This document shows positions 34,653 through 45,900 of a DNA stretch of 64,000 nt, in pieces (position 1 is the stretch's first letter; every line of letters begins with the position of its first letter). This DNA comes from Phaeosaccion multiseriatum (Eukaryota; Protista; Ochrophyta, other classes): NCBI GenBank assembly GCA_965112735.1, contig OZ218962.1, forward strand, positions 2,170,001-2,234,000, read 5' to 3'. A model generated the notes under the pieces. It searched no databases. It was not told the DNA's origin and saw only the letters and a program-made list of their open reading frames with translations. Both the position numbers and the translations under genes were made by a program.

Positions 34653-36522
34653 ATGCCAATGCATGCTGGCTCCATCTTTCTGCTGGTGCTGTGCCAAGTG
34701 TGCTACCCACTCATGGTCTTGCACCATACCCTGTGGATATACAAGAATCGGAACGTGCAAGTTGGTGAGTAGTGAAAGGAGATGTTTCAGGGGCCACGTC
34801 TGCCCTCCTCCAGCCAGCAGTGCAGTGCTCTTCTCCCTCCTCCTCGGCTCAGCATTCCCTCGGTCCCCTCCTTCCCTCCCTGCCCGCCCTGCGCCACCCT
34901 TCCGCCCTTGTGGTGCTCCGCCGTTCCCCTTCCCCTCCCCCGCCCCGTCCCTCCAGTACGATCTCGTTCTCCCGGCCTGCTTCTCGTCCAGTTCGGTAAG
35001 TCAATGCAGGACATGCTGTGACGCTCTTAGAATCCGCAACCCCATTGAAAGCACAAGCTTGCTAGATTCGTGGCAAGAATCCCCAACGAATTGCTCCCCA
35101 TGCGTGCTATGGTGTGCTACGCTTCGATCACCCTGCCCAACCCTCTCTCCTCCTCCCTACAGTCTCCCTCTCATCCCCTGTTGTATGCAAGCACCTCCCA
35201 CACCTTGCTCGATCAGGATATCTTCTGTCCTGTCCATTGTCGATGGCAGTCCATGGCAGCCCCCTGTGCCCACGTTGTAGCAGCGTATAACCTCTCCCCC
35301 CCCCCCCTCTCTTTCTCTCTCTCGCTCTCCCTCTCTCGCCCTCTCTTCTCCCTCTCTGTCTCCCTCTCTTCTCCCCCTCTCTCTCGCTCCCTCTCTCTTT
35401 CTCTCTTTCTTTCTCTCTCTCTCCGTATATCCCCCCTTATGCCCCCCCCCCCCCCCCCGCTGCCCTTGCGCAGCTTCCTTGTTTATACTCGTGACAGTAA
35501 TCTCATGGCAAGAAATTTTCTTCTATGAGGGCTGGGATTTCCCTTGCGATATCCTCACCATCGCCGGTGACATGACAACCTCCACCTTTGGTGAGTGTTC
35601 AAGTGTGACTGCTCAACGGAAGGAGAAGGGGGAATGTGAGGTGGGGGAGAGCACACATCATATGCTTACCTTATACGGGCCAACCCTCCTCCTCCTCCTC
35701 CTCCTCCTCCTCCTCCTCCTCCTCCTCCTCCCAAACAACACCATCACCACCACCACCACCACCACCACCACCACCACCAACACAATAACAACACTACGCA
35801 CCCCACACCACCCCAGTCTTGGCGCTCACGCTGAGGGCATTGAAACTGATCGTGATCACTGGGAGTAGTGAGCACCGCCTCAGGTTCAAGCACGTGCTCC
35901 GAAGGCGGTGGGCGTGGCAGGTGCTCGGGTGGATACAAGCACCTCGGCTTATAGTAACGTCCCTCTTGTCCGTGTACGTGGAAACCTCATCCGATAGGTA
36001 CGTAACTTACGTAACTTACGTAGCCTGCTCACGTGCCAGTTGCGTACTTGGGCCAGGCCTTGTGTGCCCACCTCCCTGTTGCTGTTGCTCAGCTTTTTTC
36101 TCCTCTTCTTCCCCTGCTGCTACTGATTCATATGCACACAACTCTACCCACCACATGTACCACACCACTCCACTCTACCCCGCTCCACTCCCCTCCACTC
36201 CACTCCACTCTAATCCACACCACACCACACCATGCCACACCGCATCTCACTATCCCACACACCACACAACACCACACACTCTAAACACCACTCCACTCTA
36301 CACCGCTCTCTCCCCACCATACCACACCACACTACTCCACATCCCTCCACTCTCCACACCACACCACTCCACACCACACCACACCACACATACGCCACAC
36401 ACCACCACCTTGATCAGCGCGTGCTTCTTTGCCCAGCCGTGGCGGTACCTAAGCCCGCCCCAAATCCTAGCGGTATTCATTGCTATAGGAGGAGGCATCG
36501 TGGCCGTCACACGCAATGTAAG

Positions 36523-36565
<43 letters not shown>

Positions 36566-39500
36566 GGAGGGTTCTTTAAGTTACACACACCTCTGAACCT
36601 CTTGCCATGAAGACCATCTCAACCCAGCGCGAATTGTTATTGCTTTTGTTGCCTCCAGTCAAATCATGTCAAGCGGATGAGTGATTTGCTTATCCCCCCC
36701 CCCTCTCCTCCCTTCTGTGCCCTCCTTTTCTCACCTACCCTTCATACCTTACGTACACCCTCTCTACCCTCCAATATATCCCTGAACGCCTCTATGCCTA
36801 CACGTGCTTCCTATATGCCTCTAGGATGCCCTACGCGTGGGACAGGAGCTTCTCGTGTCTCTCGGCATCATCACCTCCTTCGGTGCCGTCTTCCTATCCT
36901 TACTCATAGTGCACGAGACCATCCACCCCGTTCCTCACTTCTCACCCAGGGCCAACTTCCTCATGGCCATTCCGATTCTCATAGTGACCCACTTGAGTGG
37001 ACACCACTACGGCCGTTTGGCATGGCTGCGCAACGGGGAGACGGCAATCACCCGCTCGAGATTGCGGGCACAGCGGAGGGCGAAACACCGGTCGAAAAGA
37101 GTGGCGAACGGGTCACTGACAGGGTCAGGGCCAGGACCAGGGCCAGAGTCACAGTCGGCGCGAGGACCCGGGTCAGGGCGAGGGTCGGGCTTAGGGCAAT
37201 TGGTCGGAGTGAGCGGCGGCGGTGCTGGTGCTGCTGGCTTGAGGCTGCCTTTGGTAAAGAGGTCGAGGTGGTCAATCCTTGGGTTCTTGCCCTTCTTCGG
37301 TGCTGCACTCACAAATGGCGCAGCAGAAGCAGATGATGATGAAGAAGAGGATAGCGATGAAGAACAAGGAGGAGTAGGAGGAGCAGGAGGAGGAGGAGAG
37401 ACAGAGTCAGGCTACATACGCCCTCGCTCCATTACGAAGGACGTAATGGAGGACTGTGTGCTGGATGGGTTCTTTCAAACCTTCCTTCGCAACATGATTT
37501 GCATCGACAGCCACGTGTTCATCCGCGCCGTGCAAGAGTACAAGAAATTGTTTGCAATGGCGTTACGCTCATCAGAGGCAGCTCTTGCTGAAGCAAAGGA
37601 GGAGGAGGAGGAGGAGGAGGAGGAGGAGGAAGAGGAGGAGGAGGAGGAGGAGGAGGAGGAGGAGGAGGGGGGGGGGGAGGGGGAGGGGGAGGAGGGTGGG
37701 GACGAGGGCGGTGTCGCATCATCACCTCCTGGGCGTTGGGCTCCTGTGAAGAAGGGGGTCAGCTTTGCCCCTGGCTTTGTTGCCCCACACATTGCTGTCA
37801 CCTCTGGTAGGGCCTCTTTTGCTGCTATGCCCACAAGTAGGACGAACCCTACTCCAGCTAGTCGCACGGGCTGGCTGGGTGCAAGGAGGAGGGGACTAGG
37901 AGAAGGATTAGGAGCCAACACTAGTAGTGAAAGAGTGGGAGGGAGTGAAGGAGTGGGAGGCAGCCGCCCGCGAGGGAGTGGTACCGTGAGAGGCATGTTG
38001 AGCCGCACGCCAGCTCGAGAGCCTTCTATAGTACGCAGGCACGGGACAGTGTGCAGGAAAGTCGCGCCTGACCCCTCCCAGCCCCAGCTCAAGCCTCAGC
38101 AGTTGGTGATACAGCAGCAGCCGCAGCAGTCGGGCCTTGACGCTGTTGCTACACCATCCCACAGCGGGGGGGGCAATGGCGGTGGGGAGGTGGGGGGGGT
38201 GGGTCCAACGACAGTGATAGAGGCAACAGCAACAGCAGCGACGGACGGTGGGAGGAAGGGGATGGGAATGATGTCTCTGGCCGGGGAGAGTACAGCAAAC
38301 CTGGAGGAGAAGGAGAAGGAGGAGGAAGAGGAGGAGGAGCAGGAGGAGGAGGAGGAGGAGGAAAAGGAGGAGGAACGTCTGCCGGGTGCTCCGAAGCAAG
38401 GTGGCCATTTGAAGGGGAAGGAAGAGAGAACAGGCGCGGAGACAGATGGAGACAGCAATAAGAGCAACAACATCCAGCGCGGGGCGTCTATCACCGACAA
38501 GTCCAATGCAACAGCATTGGCGACGCCGTGCTCGGCAGAGCACGGACAACCAATACGTGCGGCCGCGGACGACAACAGCACAAGCCACCTGGTCAAGCCT
38601 GTAGCACAGAGGCAATCGAGCCGGGCGCACACACTCCAAGGTCGAAAAACGCTACTGAGTCGTGGGTCCCCGCACAGCAAGATTGGCCAAATAAAGCCAT
38701 CTCGGTCCACCGTACATGGAGCGTTATCTTCCATGCCCTCTTTCCAGGAGCTCTCCTTCGGAATGGGGCACAGTGAGCGCGGTGGTGCTGGCGCGACAAC
38801 GGTAGTAGTTGGTGATACAGCATCAAGGAGGGCGGTGGGGAAGTCGGCGCACTTTATGCCGCGATCGTTCGTTGCAAGCTTTCGTGTCTCCAAAACGATA
38901 GCCCTGCCTCAGTGGAGCGGCCTCCCGCAGCGAATACGACGACGAGGAGGAGGAGAAGGAGGAGGAGGAGGAGGAGGAGGAGGAGGAGGAGGAGGAGGAG
39001 GAGGAGGAGGAGGAGGAGGAGGAGGAGGAGGAGGAGGAGGAAGAAGAAGAAGGGGAAGATCGAAGAGTATTAGCCTTCGGTCTACCAAGACGACTACAAG
39101 CCGTCGGAGGGCCATGACTGCGAAGAACGCATTCCACAACTCTCCCTTCTTCATTCCGCTTTTTGCCCAATACGTTGAAATTTGTCGTCTCTTCCTCACG
39201 GAGGGGTCGGAGTTCGAGATTAACGTCGAAAGCCAGATGCGAAAGAGGGCAGCTCGACTTAGGGGCGACATCAGGGCCTTTCAGGAGGAGGTGGGTGTAA
39301 GGAGGGAGAGGAGGGAGGGGGGAGGGAGGGAGGGAGGGAGGGAGGGAGGGAGGGAGGGAGGGAGGGAGGGAGGGAGGGAGGGAGGGAGGGAGGGAGGGAG
39401 GGAGGGAGGGAGGGAGGGAGGGAGGGAGGGAGGGAGGGAGGGAGGGAGGGAGGGAGGGAGGGAGGGAGGGAGGGAGGGAGGGAGGGAGGGAGGGAGGGAG

Positions 39501-40897
39501 GGAGGGAGGGAGGGAGGGAGGGAGGGAGGGAGGGAGGGGAGGGGAGGGAGGGAGGGAGGGGAGGGAGGGAGGGAGGCAGGCAGGCAGGCAGTGTGCGTAA
39601 GTGAGTGAATGAGTCAGTGCGCGCGTGCGTGAGGGAGGGGGTGAGTAGAGCACGGAGTGAGTGCGTGCGTGCAAGGGACGAAGTGAAGGACGAAGTGAGT
39701 GAAGGAGGGAGGGAGTGAACGAGTGAGTGCGTGCGTGCAAGGGACGAAGTGAGGGACGAAGTGAGTGAAGGAGGGAGGGAGTGAACGAGTGAGTGAGTGA
39801 GTGAGTGAGTGAGGGAGTGAGTGAGTGAGTGAGTGAGTGAGTGAGTGAGTGAGTGAGTGAGCGAGTGAGTGAGTGAGTGAGTGAGTGAGTGAGTGGGTGA
39901 GTGGGTGAGTGAGTGAGTGAGTGAGTGGGTGAGTGAGTGAGTGAGTGAGTGAATGGGCCATCCTCTGAGCTTAAGCGGATACCTCGATGCCCAACCTGAA
40001 TCTCTGACATATCCACACTCCACACCTCAAGGGCAAAGGGACCGTAATGTTTCCACAGGTAGCACAGCATAGCCTATATGACTACATCTCCTACTCAGTT
40101 CCCCCCTTCTCCCTTACAGTATGCCTCACTCCCCCCTCTCCTCTTTACCCTTTCCTTCTCTCTGTTTGGTGTCTGTTTGGTCCGACTCACACAGGGACAC
40201 AGCGTGGAAGCTATTTTCGACCCGTGCTATGAGGAAATAGCCATCGTCCTCAACCAAAACTTCTGTAAGTCAAGTATCGTACTCCGACACCACACCACAC
40301 CACACCACACCACACCACGGGTGAGAGTTCCTGAGGCCTGCTCCTTACCTCCCCTCCCCTCCCCTCTCCCTCCCCTCCTTCCCTCCCCTCCCTGTGTGGG
40401 GGTGGATGCGTGTGAAAGTGAACAAATTCCTCTCCACTCCCCCGGTGGTGCAAGAGTTGCAGAAGCGACGCACGATGGAAGCGGAGAGGCAGAGAAAGTT
40501 GGAGGAGGATACGAAGCGCGGGGTGCAAGACAACGAGGACGAGGACGAGGAGGAGGAGGAGGCCCTGGGCGAAGCTGCAGCTTTCGTCAAGACTTTCCAA
40601 CACTTACTCGAAGAGACAAGCGATACGAGCACCACTACAGATGGCGACGATGATAGCGGGGATGAGGACGATAACACCGAAGAGGACAACAGCGACGACA
40701 GGAGGTCGAGTGGTGGCGCCGTGAAAAAAAAGAGAAAAGCAAGGAGGAGCGGTGGCGGTACGTTTGTGGGGAGGTGGGGGAGAAACGCACGCACGGCATC
40801 GTCGTTGAAGCGGGCGACTTTGTTTCTCGGAAATGTTGGTGGTGTTGGAGGCCGTGGTGGCGGGGACAGGGCGACAAGCTCAGCGGGTTCATCGTAG
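34653..40897 (+). CDS. Multi-pass transmembrane protein with a C-terminal RGS domain (7TM-RGS-like), 8 exons, ~1187 aa
   Basis: Exons 34653-34764, 34957-34995, 35474-35590, 35817-35997, 36418-36517, 36825-39290, 40195-40264, 40419-40897 (3564 nt, in frame). Hydrophobic segments with VRSRSPGLLL, FPC and DALRVGQEL. RGS elements FQTFLRNMICIDSHVFIRAVQEYK, ICRLFLTEGSEFEINV, IFDPCYEEIAIVLNQNFLNKFLST. Confidence 0.8.
39318..39951. repeat. Compound intronic microsatellite: (GAGG)n, a ~66-bp tandem duplication, then (GAGT)n
   Basis: Directly visible in intron 6 of the 7TM-RGS gene. Confidence 0.9.
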
Positions 40898-42058
40898 CCA
40901 TTTGAAACGGCGGAGAGGCAGGGGTCACACAGCTTGAAACGAGTGGCACTGTCCGTCTCCTCCACTCGCTCAGTGTCAGGGTGAGGCTGCTCACGCTCAC
41001 ACGCACGTCCATGGGGGGACAACGCCTGAGCGAGGCAGGGGTAGAGTGTAGAGTGGGGTGGGTCGCTGGGAGGGAGGGAGGGAGGGAGGTAATGCATCTA
41101 CCGTCCTCCTCCTCCTCCCCCTCCTCCTTCTCCTCCTCCTCCTCCTCCTCCTCCTCCTCCTCCTCTTTCTCATCGCCACATCCATTGGTTTGTATCGATG
41201 AGTGCAAAGCCGCAGGGACGTGTACCTAGGTAACAGTCTTTAACAACAGTGGTGTGTGTATCGTAAGTGAACACACACAATTTGAAAAAAGAAGATTACG
41301 GCCACAAAGACTCCATTGCGCAATTCCGCTTGTGTATGTATAAGTGCTTCTATTGTAAAAATGTAAAAATAAGAGAAGTCAACCAAAAGGAGGATCGTGT
41401 TGCCCTCGTCGAGACAAGTCGAATGCCGGCATCGTTGCCTCCTGCAACCTCTATCAAGTTCAGTTCTATGGCCCTGCAGCGTGTGGAGGCCTAACAAACT
41501 GAAATCCTTTCCTTACGTAAGGGCCATGCGGGTCTTTAAGGCTGTCTTGCAGCTCAGAGACCCCCCCCCCCCCCCCCCCAATTTCCTCTTCCCCGAGTTG
41601 AGCAGTTCTGGTTACGCGTAGGAAGGGGGGGAAGAGGAGTGCAACAAGACCCTCAGAATCTTTGGCAACATTAGTGGCACTGCCTGCAGCCACTCTAGCT
41701 ACAATACGCCAATCACCTTTTAGTTTTCTCCAGATGATTGTCGATGAGTGAAGCTCTCTAAAGAAATGATAATAATATTATAACATTATATTAAAGATGC
41801 ATTAGACTACATGGCCTGCTGCCTATGCTCCCTCATGAGTGGGGCCGGGAGTCGTAAGCAAAGAGCATGATATGGTGGGGTGGCTGGGAGGGAAGAAGAA
41901 GAAGCAGACCAAGAAGAGAGAACAAACTACACCGAAAAGCGCTGTCAGCCAAGAAAGAAGGGAGGGCGACTGTAGGGCCGAAGGAATGTTGCTTGGACGA
42001 GGCGAGCAAAAAGCATCCGGCGTTTTCAGGCTACTACCAGCCAGACCCCCATGCTGCC

Positions 42059-42317
42059 TCAACCCCTGATGCACTATCGCCCACATTCTCGATAGCGCGC
42101 TATCCGATAGCGGATAGCGTCGGCCCGTGACAAGGTTCTGAGGCGACCCAGGCCAGAACCTGGAACCTGGCTGGCCGGCTGACGCCGACCAGAACCTGGC
42201 TGGAACCCGGCCGGCTGGCGCCGGCCAGAACCTGGAACCCAGAACCTTGTCAGGGGCCGAATAGCGGATCGGCTGGCGCCGGCGATAGCGGATAGCGGAT
42301 AGTGCATCAGGGGTTGA
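42059..42317. mobile_element. MITE-like element, 259 bp, with perfect 20-bp TIRs and a nested second inverted-repeat pair
   Basis: tcaacccctgatgcactatc (42059-42078) pairs with gatagtgcatcaggggttga (42298-42317). Inner 21-bp pair at 42120-42140 and 42240-42260 (1 mismatch) encloses CCAGAACCTGG repeats; subterminal GATAGCG repeats. Confidence 0.75.
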
Positions 42318-42960
42318 CCATGCCAAATCCAAACTCCTTCCTCCTTCCCCCCCCGACACTTACGTAACACTTGCGTAACTCAAGTTTTGCAGGGCGGACT
42401 TTCGGTCGTTGCGCCCAAATTGGCTTGACATCCTTTCCCTCGTTTTGTGCATCTTCCTCCCTACTCAAGTGGGAGTTGTGTACGAGTGTAAACGAAAAAG
42501 AAAAATGAAGAAAAATCAGCTGAGAAAAAAAATAGAAAAAAACTGGGGAAATGAAAGGAAGAAAGAATGGAGTAGCGTCGCCAAAACTAAATCGTATCAC
42601 CAATTCCTCTCCTCCCGAAATGCTGAAATGCTACAATGATAAAAAGTACTTCGTATAGTATGATAAGGGCACAATCCAGCGTAGAGAATATAGAGCTATA
42701 ATTTGTATGCGGAGCTCTACTTGATCAGTGGGCGGAATCTGCGGCGGCTGCTACTGCTGGCGATTACGCCGTTGTAAGTTTCTCTCGCGGACCAACTGCC
42801 ACTACTGTGTTTGGGTCATCTCCAAAAACCTTACTCCCCGTTTCTCTGTGTCCCTTACCCCATTGCTTCCCTCACCCGCTTGATCGCTCTTAACTAGGGC
42901 GCTACGGGGCGGAGTAGGGGTAGAAGATCACGATCTGTGAGGGAGAAAGGAGAAAGAGAG

Positions 42961-45900
42961 ATGACGATGGAGAGTCTATTGCGTGCTGCGATCCGGGTGG
43001 TCCCCGCCCAGCGAGAGGACTATGAGGCTATGGAGAGGCACGACGACGCACACATCAAAGGCATCCCCATTACGGACGACCTGTCGCCTGAGGAATGCAC
43101 TGCCAAAGCCCTCGCTCCACTCAGAGACGCTCTCCTTCTCACCTCCTCCTCTCCTCCTTCGAGAAAGAGCGGGAGCAGCAGCTGCAAGACAGGAAATTCT
43201 AAGGGCGAGCAGGCTTCCCTCTCGTGGGAGCTGCTGGCGAAGCCGTGCTCAGCGCTGTTTGAAGAGGGGCCTGACTGCGGCCGCGAGTCCGACGAGGAGC
43301 AGGAGGAGACTGCGTACGAAGGCTGTGGTACCCTCTCCGTTCAAAAGGCGCTGCTCGTGGTGCTGTACCGGTGCCTCATGATGACAGGAGACGACGCCGG
43401 AGACGGAGGCAGGCAAGGGAGGTGAGAGTGAGATGGGAAGAGGAAGGTCGGAGGGAGTGTGAAGTGTTTCCCCCGTTGATCGGAGCATGCCAACGTTCTC
43501 CAACAGAAAGATCGGCTGAGTCCGTCTCGCTCCTCCTTCTCCTCCTTCTCCTTCTCCTCCTCCTCCTCCTCCTCCTCCTCCCCTCCTCCTTGGATAATCT
43601 GTGCCGAAAAAATAGTAGCCGCAGCAGCAGCGGGGCGTCGTCGTCTTCCTCTGCCCATCCACTGCCATCCAGCGCCTCGTGGTGTGCTGCTGAGATATAC
43701 CTGCATATTCTCGGGAGACAAGGTAAGGGGAGGGTATACAGGCACAGAGGAAGAGCAAAGCAGAGAAGAGTACGCGAAGACAAGTGTGCATTCCCACTTT
43801 GCTGGGGGGGGGGAGCAGTGATTGGACCGTTCCTCGAGCCGATATCTTCTTCTTTTATCCTTTGGGTCTGATCTGTCCCTCCTCCTCCTCCTCCTCCTTC
43901 TTCTTCTTCTTCTTCTTCTTCTTCTTCTTCTTCTTCTTCTTCTTCTTCTTCTTCTTCTTCTTCTTCTTCTTCTTCTCCTCCTCTTCCTCCTCCTTCCTCC
44001 TCCTCCTCGCCCTCCTCCTCCTCCTACTCCTCGTCCTCATCCTCCTCTTCCTCCTCCTCCTCCTCCCTCTCCTCCTCCTTCTTCTTCTTCTTCTCCCCCC
44101 CCCCCTCCTCCTCCTCCTCCTCCTCCGTGAGGTGCATCGGCCTATGGAGCCTTCCAAGCGGCTCCTTTTGGCCTCATTCTCACCAACATGTGGAACTGGA
44201 GCCGAAGTAGCGGCAGCAGCAGCACCACCAAGAGCAAGGGAAGGTGAGCATGAAGGGTACCCGCAAAGTCTCAGTCCTGTTGTTGTTGTTGTTGTCGGTG
44301 TTGGTGGTGGTGGTGGTTGTTGTTGTTGTTGTTGTTGTTGTTGCTTGTCCGCTCACGGCTTCCCCTACACTATCTGTCTCGCACCCTGTCCCTCCTCTTC
44401 CTTCTCCAATGTGTTTCATTTTCCTGCTACAACGAATTGCTTGGGCCTGGGCTTCGGGCCTGGCAGCGAGGCGGCTCCGGCAAGGCGAGGCAGCAAGAAG
44501 CGGAAACTCACAGAGGACGACGCCGATGCCCCCCCCGCTGGCGACGACGATGCGAATGCCGAACGCGACAGCGATAGTGATGAGGACAGTGGAGACGACA
44601 GTGGACAAGAGGACACTGGTGGGGTGGTTGGAGGCCCTCGGGGCAAGGCCAGCAAGAGAGGAGGAGGGGGAGGAGGGGGGGGGATGCATGAGAAGCAGTT
44701 GGTGATGCGGGCGGCAGATCTGTTGACGGCCCTCCACAGCGCTGTGAGTAGCGGTGTTACTGGCCTCACAGTTGGTGAGGTGGATGGGGAGGGGGGACAG
44801 CAGCACTCGGATCTTTTGGGCAAGTTGGCGGAGGTGCAAGTGGGGTTCCTCGTCATGGCCTTGCTCAAAGGGTGAGTGAGTGGAGAGGAGGAGCAAAAGG
44901 AGGAGGAGGAGAAGGGGCGGGGTACTCGCACTTGATAGCAGCAAGCCAAGTCATCGTCTTCTTTTCACCGGCACGCTTGATTGAATGCCTCGTCTCCCTC
45001 CCTCCCTCCCTCCTTCCTTCCTTCCCTCCTTCCCTCCTTGACCTGTCCACCTCCCTCTATGCTCATTGCCCTTTCCCTTGTGCTTGTTTGTCCCTTCAGC
45101 CACAAGACCCTCCTCTCCACCGCATCGCAGGCCATGGTATCCCTGTCCACACTGAGCTCCGGCCCCACCGGGGGAAGCGCCTCTGTCGTCCTGAACACCT
45201 TACTGCCGCTGCTCCTCATGCAGGTGCGTGCGTGTGTGTGTGCGTGTGTGTGTGCGTGCGTGCGTGTGTGTGTGCGTACGTACGTGTGTGCTTGGCTTTC
45301 AGTTACATTTTGTTTTGATCCTTTGGGTGGGGAGAGGGGTAAGGGGGGAGGGGGGTGGGGTGTGCAGGTGTGTGGGTGGGTGGGTGGTGAATGGGTGGTA
45401 TAATAAAGTAGTCCATCTCTATGTGTGTGTACGTCATCTGACTGATCTCCCACTTAACGTGATGATGGCTCAGGCGGGGAAGCCGGACGTACCTGCCAAG
45501 CCCAAGGACAGAATCAAGGTGCACCGGCAGGTCAGTGAGGGAGTGGAGGGAAGGAGTAAGTGAGTGAGGGAGTGGGTGAGAGGCGCAACCCATGATGACG
45601 TCAAAAGTGCATCTGCAATACATCCACTGCCATCCATCGTGACACGTCATGCCCCGTCCGTGCTTCCCTTACTTCCTTCCTTCCGTCCTTCCTGGAGCTG
45701 TTTGGTGCTCTCTGCGTAGCTTTCCTTTCTCACCATGGCTCTCGCTACCCTCCTCCTCCTCCTCCTCCTCCTCCTCCTCCTCCTCCTCCTCCTCCTCCTC
45801 CTCCTCCTCCTCCTCTCCTCCTCCTCCTCCTCCTCACCCGCCTCATCGTCGTCCTCCTCCTCCTCCTCCTCCTCCTCCTCCTCCTCCTTCTCCTCCTCCT

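Noticed and set aside
36837-39608. 923-aa ORF as a stand-alone gene
   Set aside because: It is exon 6 of the 7TM-RGS gene plus read-through into a (GAGG)n intron.
41240-42900. Small ORFs in the RGS-NCAPD3 intergenic region, including over the MITE
   Set aside because: No transposase or other recognisable motif and no convincing splice structure.
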